64,000 nt of DNA from an uncultured Clostridia bacterium (GCA_964468725.1 CAYXVU010000004.1:2137-66136), one strand, 5' to 3'; positions 18,333 through 28,468 are shown, numbered from the stretch's first letter. Numbers and translations are program-made. Notes: generated from the letters alone by a model not told the origin.

Positions 18333-20150
18333 ATGATACACAATGTTGCCAAGCTATCCATCGTTCGCCGCCTGACAATCTTGCTGCTCACTTTTCTCTT
18401 ATTGCCATCACCGACGCTAATCGGTGCACCGCTCTCAGAACCAAACATCAATGGCCTCGATGCTTTTATCGAGCGAATCATGAAAGATTGGAAGGTACCC
18501 GGACTGGCCGTCGCCATCGTCAAAGATGGAAAGATCGCCTATGCAAAAGGGTTCGGCTATCGGGATGTGAAAAAGAGCTTTCCGGTCACGCCAGATACGC
18601 TCTTTGCAATTGGCTCTTGCTCGAAAGCCTTCACAGCGGCAGCGCTCGGCATTTTGGTGGATGAAGGCAAGCTCGAATGGGACAAACCCGTGCGCGAATA
18701 CATGCCCGATTTTCGCCTTCAGGATGAATACGCCACCCAACAGTTGCGACCGCGCGATTTGGTCACTCATCAGTCGGGGCTGCCGCGTCACGATCTGGTG
18801 TGGTACGGCTCACCCTTAACGCGCAATGAGTTGTATGAACGATTGCGCTATCTTGAACCGAGCAAACCGCTGTTTTCCAAATTTCAATACAATAACCTGA
18901 TGTACATGACGGCGGGCGTGTTGGTCGAACGTATCTCCGGTCAATCATGGGAAGAGTTTGTCAAAAATCGAATCCTCAAGCCGTTAGAGATGAAGAGTTC
19001 AAACTTTTCGGTCAATGACTCGCAAAAGACCGCCGATTTTGCTCTGCCCTACCGCGAAGTGAAAGAAGTTCTGAAAGAGATTCCTTTCCGCAACATTGAC
19101 GCCATTGGCCCGGCAGGCTCAATCAATTCCAGTGTCAACGAAATGGCCAACTGGCTCATGCTGCAATTGGCAAAAGGAAAATTCAAAGATCAACAGATCA
19201 TCTCCGAACGCAGTCTGCGCGAAACGCATTCACCTCAAATCATCGCGGGCATTAACCCGCAGTATGATGAATTATCCTTCGCTGCTTATGCGATGGGATG
19301 GTCGACAAGCCAATATCGCGGCCATCCGGTGCTCGGTCACAGCGGCGGTATTGACGGTTTCATTACGCAAGTGCGCCTGTTGCCGAAAGCCAATGTCGGC
19401 TTCGTGATTCTCACCAACTCGGAGAGCAACGCCGGAGCGTTGGTGGCTTATAACATCATGGATCGCCTGCTCGGATTGAGCGAAGTGGATTGGAATCAGC
19501 GTGCTAAAGATGATCTGGCGAAAGCAAAAGCTGCACAAGAGAAAGCCAAAACGGCGGGCGACCCCAATCGCAAACTGAATACGCAACCGTCACACCATCT
19601 GAAAGATTATGTCGGGCAATTCACGCATCCGGCTTATGGCGAGTTGACGGTTTCGCTCATTGGAGAACAATTGAGATTCGACCTGCATGGTCTGCAAGCT
19701 CCTCTGAAGCATTATCATTACGACGTGTTCGAAGCGGGAACGGAACCTGATAGCGTCGGTAGCGAAGCTTCGTTAGAAGGGACAAAAATCGCCTTCTCGC
19801 TCAATAAATCCGGCGAAATCATCAGTGTCGCTTTGCCGCTTGAACCGAGCGTTAAAGACATCGTTTTCACCCGCAAAGCCGCCGCGCTGTCGAAGGTCGC
19901 ACTCAATAAATTCATCGGTGAATACGAATTGGAGCAAACGGTTGTGAAGTTTTTTCTACGCGGCGATAACACGTTGATGGCCAGCGTTCCCGGTCAGCCG
20001 GAATACGAGCTCGTGGCGAAGCAGGACAATCTGTTCAGCATCAAAGGATTGGATGGCTTCACCGTCGAATTCAAAAGCGATGCGACTGGCAAGGTCACCG
20101 GCGCATTGTTTACACAGCCCAACGGTACGTTTACGTTGAAAAAGAGATAA
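18333..20150 (+). CDS. Exported serine hydrolase (beta-lactamase fold) with DUF3471-like C-terminal domains
   Basis: Signal peptide, SCSK, YNN and HSGG motifs, and YVGQFTHPAYG and FIGEY repeats. GGAG RBS before 18333. Confidence 0.9.
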   Translation: MIHNVAKLSIVRRLTILLLTFLLLPSPTLIGAPLSEPNINGLDAFIERIMKDWKVPGLAVAIVKDGKIAYAKGFGYRDVKKSFPVTPDTLFAIGSCSKAFTAAALGILVDEGKLEWDKPVREYMPDFRLQDEYATQQLRPRDLVTHQSGLPRHDLVWYGSPLTRNELYERLRYLEPSKPLFSKFQYNNLMYMTAGVLVERISGQSWEEFVKNRILKPLEMKSSNFSVNDSQKTADFALPYREVKEVLKEIPFRNIDAIGPAGSINSSVNEMANWLMLQLAKGKFKDQQIISERSLRETHSPQIIAGINPQYDELSFAAYAMGWSTSQYRGHPVLGHSGGIDGFITQVRLLPKANVGFVILTNSESNAGALVAYNIMDRLLGLSEVDWNQRAKDDLAKAKAAQEKAKTAGDPNRKLNTQPSHHLKDYVGQFTHPAYGELTVSLIGEQLRFDLHGLQAPLKHYHYDVFEAGTEPDSVGSEASLEGTKIAFSLNKSGEIISVALPLEPSVKDIVFTRKAAALSKVALNKFIGEYELEQTVVKFFLRGDNTLMASVPGQPEYELVAKQDNLFSIKGLDGFTVEFKSDATGKVTGALFTQPNGTFTLKKR

Positions 20151-20262
20151 CCCATTCGCGCGCCGGTTCGCTGTGCAATCATTCGATCCGCTTGCGCAAC
20201 GGTTTCATCGCGTGTTGCCAATTCGAACTTTCGAATTGCACTTTGCCTTCACGGAGGAAAGA

Positions 20263-21753
20263 ATGCCTTCATCTCGCAGACTCCGGTTGCTGGGTTGCAG
20301 CATTCTGCTAACCTTACATCTCTTCATCGGCGCTTCGCCCGCTACAACCCCGCTTCGACCAATAACCTATGACTTGGTGCTCGTCGGCGGGCGCGTCATT
20401 GACCCGGCAACCAAGCTGGATGCCGTACGTAATGTTGGCATCCGTAATGGCAAGATTGCAGCGATTTCGAATGCAACCTTGCGCGGCAAAGAGCAAGTGA
20501 ATGTAGCCGGTCTTGTCGTCGCCCCCGGTTTCATAGACCTGCACGCACATGGCCAGAATAACTTTGGCCAGACGTACCAAGTCCGCGATGGTGTGACCAC
20601 AGCGATGGATTTAGAACTCGGAGCCTATCCGCTCGATGTGCTAGCGCGACGTGCCGGAAATTCGCTCATCAACTATGGCTATTCGGCAGGACACAGCGAT
20701 GCGCGATTGCGCGTCAAAAAAGGCGATGCCGCAAAAGCCAATCACGAACCCCTAAACGATGCGGAATTGAAAGAACTGCTCGGCTATTTAACCGCAGCTC
20801 TTGATGATGGGGCACTCGGCATCGGCGTTGGGCTGGATTATGTCTCTCGCGGCGTCTCGCCCATCGAGTTAGAAGCACTCTTTCGCTTGGCTGCTGCGCG
20901 TCGCGTGCCCATCTTCATTCACATTCGCATGCCGGAAGACCGCAATGATCTGAGCGGGTTGAAAGAGTTGCTCGACCTGACCGAAAAGACGCGCGCCTCA
21001 TTTCATATGGTTCACCTTGTCAGCACCGGACTCGGTCGCGTACCGGCTTTTTTGCAGATGATCGAAGATGCTCGCCGTAAGGGGCTGGACGTGACCACCG
21101 AAGCCTATCCTTATACGGCGGGTTCGACCGGAATCAATTCTGGCATCTTCGATCACGATTGGCAGAAGAAGTTCGGCATCAGTTACCCGGAAATCGAATG
21201 GCCGCCTACAGGCGAGCGGTTCAAAGACAAAGCCATGTGGGATGAGTATCGCGCAAAATATCGTAACGGCATCATCATCATTCATGTAATGAAAGAAGAG
21301 TGGGTCGAACAAGCACTCGCGCATCCACTGGTGATGATCGCTTCGGATGGTATGCCGATCAGTCGTCTCGATGAGCGGGCACACCCGCGCGGCATGGGTT
21401 GTTTTGCCCGCGTTCTCGGTCGTTACTCGCGTGAGAAGAGGCTGATGCCGTTAGCGGAAGCCATTCGAAAGATGACCTTGATGCCTGCGCAGCGATTGGA
21501 GAAATTCACTCCTGCCATGCGGCACAAAGGCCGCTTGACGGTTGGCGCAGATGCAGATATTACCATCTTCAACGCGGATGAAGTGATTGATCGCGCAACC
21601 TATGCAGAACCGAATCAGTTTTCGAAAGGCATCATTCACGTTCTGGTTGGCGGAACTTTCGTCGTGCGCGATGAAAAGCTGGTTGATGGTGTCTTTGTTG
21701 GCAAACCCATCGTCAGCCAGCGGGCAAGCAGGAAAACCAATCCGACAAATTGA
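20263..21753 (+). CDS. Exported N-acyl-D-amino-acid deacylase (D-aminoacylase family amidohydrolase)
   Basis: PGFIDLHAH, IASDG, HPRGMGCFARVLG and GADADITIF motifs, with a signal peptide. GGAGG RBS before 20263. Confidence 0.85.
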   Translation: MPSSRRLRLLGCSILLTLHLFIGASPATTPLRPITYDLVLVGGRVIDPATKLDAVRNVGIRNGKIAAISNATLRGKEQVNVAGLVVAPGFIDLHAHGQNNFGQTYQVRDGVTTAMDLELGAYPLDVLARRAGNSLINYGYSAGHSDARLRVKKGDAAKANHEPLNDAELKELLGYLTAALDDGALGIGVGLDYVSRGVSPIELEALFRLAAARRVPIFIHIRMPEDRNDLSGLKELLDLTEKTRASFHMVHLVSTGLGRVPAFLQMIEDARRKGLDVTTEAYPYTAGSTGINSGIFDHDWQKKFGISYPEIEWPPTGERFKDKAMWDEYRAKYRNGIIIIHVMKEEWVEQALAHPLVMIASDGMPISRLDERAHPRGMGCFARVLGRYSREKRLMPLAEAIRKMTLMPAQRLEKFTPAMRHKGRLTVGADADITIFNADEVIDRATYAEPNQFSKGIIHVLVGGTFVVRDEKLVDGVFVGKPIVSQRASRKTNPTN

Positions 21754-21786
21754 CGCCTGTGAAGGTCAAAATCAAACGGTGAAGCC

Positions 21787-23424
21787 ATGAACTATCGAAA
21801 ACGTTGTATCGCCTCGCTTCTTTTCATCTCGCTGCTGATTGCCTCTCCGGCATTCCCGCAAACGACTATTGATTCGCGTCTGGCAGCCGGGTTTAATGCC
21901 ATCGGACAAAAGAATCTGCGCGCAGATTTAACCTTTTTAGCATCGGATGCGCTCGAAGGGCGCATGTCTTTGCAACGCGGGTCAGAGGTTGCCATTCAAT
22001 TCATCGCCGCCGAATTTGCCAAAGCCGGATTGAAACCGTTGGCCGGTAATTCCTATCTACAAGAGATTACGCTCATTGAATATCGCCCGGATGTGCGCGC
22101 AATGGGGATTATCTTGGAACGAAGTGGGGCGACCCAATCATTCAAATATATCACCGATTTCATTGGCAGCTTCCCGCGTGAATTGACGGTGAAAGCGCCC
22201 GTCGTCTTCGCAGGGTATGGAATCACTGCGCCGGAATTCCAGTATGATGATTATGCGGGCATAGATGCGCGAGGCAAGATCGTCCTCATCTTTGACCATG
22301 AGCCGCAGGAGAACGATCCACAGTCGGTCTTTAACGGCATCGGCAATACGCGCTATGCCAACTCACGTTTGAAAATTCTCAATGCACAAAGACATGGAGC
22401 TGTCGGTGTTCTGCTGGTGAGCGAGCCGAATCGCAAACATCCCTCCAATCAAGAGCGTTTGGCGCGCATCCCCGGCATACTTGACCGATTCACACGCCAG
22501 TCTTCGCAGGCGCTTGCCGATAGCGAAACCAAAATCCCGATGTTGACGGTCAGCGATGGAGTGGCGACAACCTTGATTGCGCCGACCGGGAAAAGATTGG
22601 CTGAGTTGCAAACGGCGATTGATACGACGCTCAAACCGGCCTCTTTGCCGTTGCCCGATACGCAGATCGAGATGCGGCTGGTTAATGCCGAGCACCGCCG
22701 GGCCGTTACCGCTAATGTCATCGGCATGATCGAAGGAAGCGACCCCGCATTAAAACCGGAGAGCATCATCTTCAGCGGTCACTATGACCACGATGGCATT
22801 CGGGATGGAAAGATTTTCTATGGGGCAGATGACAATGGTAGCGGCACGGTTGGCGTAATCGAATTGGCACGCGCATTTGCTTTCAATCCGGCGAAACCGA
22901 AACGGTCATTGATCTTTGCCGTATTCGCCGCCGAAGAACGCGGCTTGCTTGGTTCCTATTACTACGCGGCGAATCCGTTACGACCGCTCGCTTCAACTCG
23001 CGCGGTGATTAACTTCGATATGATCGGGCGCAATGAAGCGCAGAGCGCGCAAACCGAAGGGCTTATTAAAATCGCCGAAGACACTTCAAACGAATTGAAT
23101 CTGATCGGCGTCATCAACAGCCCTGACTATCGCAAAGCGGTTGAACAATCAAACCGACAAGTCGGACTGGCGCTGAATTATAAATGGGACGATGATGCCG
23201 CGCTTAATGTTTTTCAACGCAGCGACCAATTCCCTTTCGCCCTTCATGATATTCCTGCTGTTTGGTGGTTCACAGGCTTTCATCCTGACTATCATCAGCC
23301 GACCGATACCGTAGAGCGAATCAACTTTGTCAAGATGGAGAAGATCCTCAAACTGGCCTACCTCACCGGATGGGCTTTTGCCGATGGAGACGCACCGCGA
23401 TTTGTTGCCAAACCGCTCAACTGA
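21787..23424 (+). CDS. Exported M28 family metallopeptidase with PA domain
   Basis: SDALEGR, GHYDH, GADDNGSG, AEERGLLGS, DMIGR and YHQPTD motifs, a PA insert (VVFAGYGI) and a signal peptide. Confidence 0.92.
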   Translation: MNYRKRCIASLLFISLLIASPAFPQTTIDSRLAAGFNAIGQKNLRADLTFLASDALEGRMSLQRGSEVAIQFIAAEFAKAGLKPLAGNSYLQEITLIEYRPDVRAMGIILERSGATQSFKYITDFIGSFPRELTVKAPVVFAGYGITAPEFQYDDYAGIDARGKIVLIFDHEPQENDPQSVFNGIGNTRYANSRLKILNAQRHGAVGVLLVSEPNRKHPSNQERLARIPGILDRFTRQSSQALADSETKIPMLTVSDGVATTLIAPTGKRLAELQTAIDTTLKPASLPLPDTQIEMRLVNAEHRRAVTANVIGMIEGSDPALKPESIIFSGHYDHDGIRDGKIFYGADDNGSGTVGVIELARAFAFNPAKPKRSLIFAVFAAEERGLLGSYYYAANPLRPLASTRAVINFDMIGRNEAQSAQTEGLIKIAEDTSNELNLIGVINSPDYRKAVEQSNRQVGLALNYKWDDDAALNVFQRSDQFPFALHDIPAVWWFTGFHPDYHQPTDTVERINFVKMEKILKLAYLTGWAFADGDAPRFVAKPLN

Positions 23425-23554
23425 GGGCTATGACCAGAGAGGCGAATCGCACCCACAGAACTTCAACTCGGTATGACAGAGAGTCTCCTCCTCGAATGAA
23501 CCGTTTGGGGTGATGGCCTCACAAGTTTATGGGGCTGAATTCCGAAAGATTGGC

Positions 23555-24811
23555 ATGAAGGTCAAACGACGCGAATTTATGACATCATTACCGGTCGGAG
23601 TCGTTGCGACGCAAGCTCTCGGAAAGATCGGGCAACCGAAGGGAGGTAGCGTGCCGCAGACGGATGAACAGTTTGATGTCGCCATCATCGGCGCAGGCGT
23701 TTTCGGAGTCTGGACAGCTTATCATTTGCAAAAAGCGGGTAAGCGCGTAGCCCTCCTTGACGCCTATGGCGCGGGCAACAATCGCGCCAGTTCCGGCGGC
23801 GAATCTCGCGTCATTCGCATGAGCTACGGCAGCGACGAAATTTATACGCGGTGGTCGTTGCGTTCGCTCGCCCTTTGGCAAGACTTCTCTCAGCAGATCG
23901 GGCAGACCCTATTTCATCCTATCGGGGTTCTGTGGATGGCGCGCACCGAAGACCCCTATACCTTGAGCAGCGTTGCGACATTGGAAAAAGTCGGAATCAA
24001 TTTTGAAACGCTCAGGCGAGCCGAATTGGCAAAACGCTTTCCTCAAATTTACCTTGGCCCAATTACTTGGGGGGTGTATGAACCCGACAGCGGGGCGTTG
24101 ATGGCACGACGAGCAGTACAAGCCGTTGCCGAAGAAGTCCTGAAAAGCGGCGCAGCCGTTCTCCTTGAATCGGTGTTGCCGCCCAGCGGCAAGGGCAAAG
24201 TGAAACAAATCACCACGCAAAGCGGATTGCGATTAAACGCCGAAAGCTTTGTCTTCGCCTGCGGAACGTGGCTGCCGAAACTCTTTCCCAAACTCTTGAA
24301 AGGGCGAATCCATCCGACCAAACAGGATGTCTTTTTCTTTGGCACAGCTTCCGGTGATAAACAGTATTCGCCGCCAGCCATGCCCGTGTGGGCAGATTTC
24401 GGAGAAGAGATTTATGGGATTCCCAATCTGGAAAATCGGGGATTCAAAGTTGCGATTGATCGGCACGGCGCATATTTTGATCCAGACGCCGGTCAACGTG
24501 CGGTGACGCCCGAGCGGCTGGCGGAAGCCCGCAGGTATATTGCCAAGCGGTTTCCAGGGTTGAAGAAAGCCCCGTTATTAGAAGCGCGAGTCTGTCAGTA
24601 CGAAAACACTTCGAATGGAGATTTTCTGATTGATCGGCATCCGGAATTTGACAATGTGTGGCTAGTTGGAGGCGGTTCGGGTCACGGCTTTAAACATGGT
24701 CCGGCGCTCGGTGAATACCTAGCCGAGCAAGTTACAAGTCGCACAACGGCAAGCGAACCGCGATTTCTACTGGCAACCAAAAAGAGGGTGCAGAAACGCA
24801 CAGTATTCTGA
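23555..24811 (+). CDS. Tat-exported FAD-dependent amine oxidase of the monomeric sarcosine oxidase / SolA / pipecolate oxidase family
   Basis: KRREF leader, GAGVFG, SSGGESRVIR, covalent-flavin Cys position CQYENT and GSGHGFKHG. Confidence 0.87.
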   Translation: MKVKRREFMTSLPVGVVATQALGKIGQPKGGSVPQTDEQFDVAIIGAGVFGVWTAYHLQKAGKRVALLDAYGAGNNRASSGGESRVIRMSYGSDEIYTRWSLRSLALWQDFSQQIGQTLFHPIGVLWMARTEDPYTLSSVATLEKVGINFETLRRAELAKRFPQIYLGPITWGVYEPDSGALMARRAVQAVAEEVLKSGAAVLLESVLPPSGKGKVKQITTQSGLRLNAESFVFACGTWLPKLFPKLLKGRIHPTKQDVFFFGTASGDKQYSPPAMPVWADFGEEIYGIPNLENRGFKVAIDRHGAYFDPDAGQRAVTPERLAEARRYIAKRFPGLKKAPLLEARVCQYENTSNGDFLIDRHPEFDNVWLVGGGSGHGFKHGPALGEYLAEQVTSRTTASEPRFLLATKKRVQKRTVF

Positions 24812-25015
24812 CACCCTTTGAACCATAAACCGTCAATTCGTGAACGCCGCCAACTCATTGAGTTTGACCTTCGACCACCGAATCGTTATGAATATCGCTG
24901 CAATAACTGAAGGAGAGACCCAGCTATTCGTACAGGATTCGACTACGAACTCTTTTACTACCCAATCAAAGGTGTGGTCGGTGTGCTCTGTGATCGACCA
25001 AAAGGAGGAATATCC

Positions 25016-28000
25016 ATGAAGTCTTGTAGATGCACGCAATCATTGCTCGCCTTCCTGCTCATGTTGATCTTCGTCTTGCCGCCCGCAGCCCTAGGGCAAG
25101 AGAAGAAAGACGAGAAAAAGGATGAGCCGAAAAAAGAAGAAGAATTGCCGCTCAAAGCCACCGATAAAATTGAATTCGTCACGGATGAAGTAACCTGGAT
25201 GTCGGTTGACGTTTCATCCGATGGGCAGACCGTCGTCTTCGACCTGCTCGGCGATATTTACACCATGTCCATTAGCGGCGGCGAGGCCAAACGTATCATT
25301 GGCGGCATCGCCTTTGAGAGTCAGCCAAAGTTCTCACCTGATGGCAAAAGGTTGGTTTTCCTCAGCGACCGCAGTGGATCGGAAAATATCTGGCTATGTG
25401 ATAGCGATGGCAAAAATCCGAAAGCCCTGACGCAAGGCCGCGACCAACGCTACATCTCGCCGACCTGGACGCCGGATGGCAATTACATTATCGCCTCAAA
25501 AGGCGGAGGGCTTTCCGATACGCCAGTCTTATGGATGTATCACAAAGATGGCGGTATGGGGGTGGCCATCGGGCCTCCGAATCCGCCTGCACCGTCGCCC
25601 TTCTCTCCTTCGCCTCCATTGCCGCGCCAAACCCGCTTCGGCGCAGCCCTATCGGGCGATGGCAAATATCTCTACTATGCCCAGCGCAGCGGGTTTTCGG
25701 AGTGGGACTACAACGCGATGCTGCCGATGTGGCAGATCATTCGTCTTGACCGCGAAACCAGCGACCTTGCTCCCATCACCAATGCTCAAGGCAGCGCCAT
25801 GCGACCGGTGATATCGCCCGACGGCAAGAGTTTGGTATACGCAACCCGATTCGAAACCAAGACCGGATTGCGCGTCCATGATTTAGAGACTCGCAAAGAA
25901 CGTTGGCTGATCTATCCGGTCACCCGCGATGATCAAGAATCGCGCGCCACCCGTGACACCATGCCCGGTTATTGCTTTATGCCAGACGGTAAGTCTCTGT
26001 TGGTTCCGATTGACGGCAAACTCAACCGCGTAGACTTTGCCACTGGCAAAGCGACCCTGATTCCCTTCACCGCCAAAGTCGAAGCCGAAATCGCGCCCCG
26101 TGTTCACTCGGATTACCGCGTCGAAGATTCCGACACTCTGCGCGCCCGGTTGATTCGTTGGCCGCGCCAATCGCCTGATGGCAAACGGCTGGTCTTCAAT
26201 GCGCTCAACAAGCTCTACATCATGGATTTGCCAGCAGGCAAACCGCGCCGCTTGACCAACTCACCGATGGGCGAGTTTATGCCCACGTGGTCACCTGACG
26301 GGCGCTATATTGCCTATGTGACATGGTCAACCGCTGGCGGCCATATCTACCGCATGACAGCGGATGGGAATTCGCAACCCGAACAACTTTCCAGAAAGTC
26401 TGCTTACTATTCCGAGCCGGTCTACTCACCTGATGGAACAAAGATTGTTTTCATCTCCGGCACAACCGACGATCAACTCTATTCCGAAATGCGCCCGCAC
26501 GAACACGGACTCTTTTCGCCGGGGGAGATTACCGGCATTCAGCAAGGGCAGGGCTATGATTTGCGCTGGCTGCCTGCAACCGGCGGCGATTCGACCCTGA
26601 TCGGCTCGACGCAAGGCGGCCAAACACCGCATTTTGCCGACGATCCTCTGCGAATATATCTAACGACCTTTACCGGACTGGCTTCGGTTCGACTCGATGG
26701 CTATGATCGGCGTCAGCATTTGAAGATAACCGGCTCCGGTATGGGATTTGGCAACGTGCCGCCGACTGCCGACGAGATTCGCGTCTCGCCTGATGGCGCA
26801 CGCGCTTTCGTCAGCATTCAGAACAAACATTACCTCGTAACCATTCCGAAGGTCGGCAAAGAGACGGTCACCCTCACAATAACCCCCATGGCGCCAACCG
26901 CCATGCCGGTTAAAAAACTCTCGCCCGAAGGCGGTGATTATCTCGACTGGTCGAGCGATGGCAAACTGGTGACGTGGTCACTCGGCTCGAAGTTCTATCG
27001 CCAAGACCCTAATACAGACAAATCCGAAACGATTGACATCACCATTGAAGCGCCGCGCGCCCGTCCGAAAGGTACTGTTGTATTGAGCGGCGCTCGCATC
27101 ATCACCATGAAAGGCGACGAGGTGATCGAGCGCGGCGATATCGTCGTCACCGACAATCGCATCACTGCCGTCGGCGCAAAAGGTCGAGTGGCAATTCCTG
27201 CGGGTGCACAGGTAATTGATGTAACTGGCAAAACGATTATGCCGGGATTGGTCGATGTACACGCGCACATGTGGCCGCCGCGAGGTGTCCATCAAACGCA
27301 GCTATGGTCATATCTGGCCAACCTCGCTTATGGCGTGACGACGACGCGCGACCCCCAATCATCAACCAATGATGTATTCGCCTATACCGATTTGGTTGAG
27401 ACGGGTGAGATATTAGGGCCGCGAATTTTAACCACCGGGCCAGGGGTGTTTCCCGCTTCGGGGTTGGAAGACAAAGAGGCAGTGCGAAACTTCATCAAGC
27501 GGTACAAAGAGGCTTATCGCACGGACACGATCAAGCATTACATCGTTGGCGACCGCATCGTGCGTCAATGGGTGGCCATGGCCTGCAAAGAGTTTGGCAT
27601 CACGGCGACGACCGAAGGCGCGTTGGACATGAAGCTTGACCTGACGCAGATGTTCGATGGTCATTCGGGCAATGAACATGCGCTGCCGATTCATCCGCTT
27701 CATAAGGATGTTGTGCAGTTTGTCGCTAAATCAAAGACCTACTACACGCCGACGATTTTGGTCGCCTATGGTGCGCCGTTTAGTGAGAACTACTGGTTTC
27801 AGAACACGGATGTGCACGGCAATATGAAATTGCGGCGCTATATTCCGCACGAGCTGCTCGACACGATGGTCAAACGGCGTCGGCAATGGTTTGCTCCGGA
27901 CGAGTACGGCCATATCGGCATCAGCAAAGCTGCCGCAGAGATCGTTCGCGCTGGCGGGCGCGTCTGTTTGGGCGGGCATGGTCAGATGCAAGGATTAGGC

Positions 28001-28309
28001 TGTCATTGGGAAGTGTGGAATTTGCAATCCGGTGGCATGACAACGCATGAAGCATTGCGGTGTGCGACCCTCTTCGGCGCAGAAGCCATTGGATTACAAC
28101 GCGACATCGGCTCGCTTGAAGTCGGCAAGCTTGCCGATTTGATCGTCCTCGATAGCAACCCGCTCTCCGACATTCGCAACACCAATACAATTCGCTATGT
28201 CATGAAGAACGGTGAGATTTTCGATGGCACGTCGCTCGATCAAATCTGGCCGACACAGAAGAAACTGGAGAAGATGTATTGGTGGGATAACGAACCAGCA
28301 AACCGGTAG
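25016..28309 (+). CDS. Exported TolB/PD40 beta-propeller plus C-terminal amidohydrolase
   Basis: Multiple (F/W)SPDG repeats, GLVDVHAH, GGHGQMQG and GSLEVGKLADL. AAGGAGG RBS before 25016. Confidence 0.9.
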   Translation: MKSCRCTQSLLAFLLMLIFVLPPAALGQEKKDEKKDEPKKEEELPLKATDKIEFVTDEVTWMSVDVSSDGQTVVFDLLGDIYTMSISGGEAKRIIGGIAFESQPKFSPDGKRLVFLSDRSGSENIWLCDSDGKNPKALTQGRDQRYISPTWTPDGNYIIASKGGGLSDTPVLWMYHKDGGMGVAIGPPNPPAPSPFSPSPPLPRQTRFGAALSGDGKYLYYAQRSGFSEWDYNAMLPMWQIIRLDRETSDLAPITNAQGSAMRPVISPDGKSLVYATRFETKTGLRVHDLETRKERWLIYPVTRDDQESRATRDTMPGYCFMPDGKSLLVPIDGKLNRVDFATGKATLIPFTAKVEAEIAPRVHSDYRVEDSDTLRARLIRWPRQSPDGKRLVFNALNKLYIMDLPAGKPRRLTNSPMGEFMPTWSPDGRYIAYVTWSTAGGHIYRMTADGNSQPEQLSRKSAYYSEPVYSPDGTKIVFISGTTDDQLYSEMRPHEHGLFSPGEITGIQQGQGYDLRWLPATGGDSTLIGSTQGGQTPHFADDPLRIYLTTFTGLASVRLDGYDRRQHLKITGSGMGFGNVPPTADEIRVSPDGARAFVSIQNKHYLVTIPKVGKETVTLTITPMAPTAMPVKKLSPEGGDYLDWSSDGKLVTWSLGSKFYRQDPNTDKSETIDITIEAPRARPKGTVVLSGARIITMKGDEVIERGDIVVTDNRITAVGAKGRVAIPAGAQVIDVTGKTIMPGLVDVHAHMWPPRGVHQTQLWSYLANLAYGVTTTRDPQSSTNDVFAYTDLVETGEILGPRILTTGPGVFPASGLEDKEAVRNFIKRYKEAYRTDTIKHYIVGDRIVRQWVAMACKEFGITATTEGALDMKLDLTQMFDGHSGNEHALPIHPLHKDVVQFVAKSKTYYTPTILVAYGAPFSENYWFQNTDVHGNMKLRRYIPHELLDTMVKRRRQWFAPDEYGHIGISKAAAEIVRAGGRVCLGGHGQMQGLGCHWEVWNLQSGGMTTHEALRCATLFGAEAIGLQRDIGSLEVGKLADLIVLDSNPLSDIRNTNTIRYVMKNGEIFDGTSLDQIWPTQKKLEKMYWWDNEPANR

Positions 28310-28402
28310 CGATCAATTCTGACTCTCGCAAGGAACCGGCGACAGTCGGCAAACGATCACCTCTACAAAGGTGAGTAACACCAAGCAAATCAACCTGAGA
28401 TG

Positions 28403-28468
28403 GTTGAGCGGCGGTCTCTGACCGCCGACCTTTCGTACGAGCACGGCGGTCAGAGACCGCCGCTCAAC
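28403..28468. repeat. REP-doublet-like element: perfect 25-bp inverted repeat in which each arm is itself a hairpin
   Basis: GTTGAGCGGCGGTCTCTGACCGCCG (28403-28427) and its exact reverse complement (28444-28468), with a 16-nt spacer. Each arm contains CGGCGGTC-N3-GACCGCCG. It lies between convergent genes. Confidence 0.8.

Noticed and set aside
12344-20150. Serine hydrolases as true class C beta-lactamase resistance genes
   Set aside because: They have HGG/HSG rather than KTG and carry extra DUF3471-like domains, which fits the peptidase/esterase branch better. Activity on beta-lactams is untested.
23425-23554. Possible glycine riboswitch upstream of the sarcosine-oxidase-like gene
   Set aside because: Some GAGAG/GACAGAG words are present, but the conserved GGAGAG...CCGAAG...CTCAGG core cannot be assembled.
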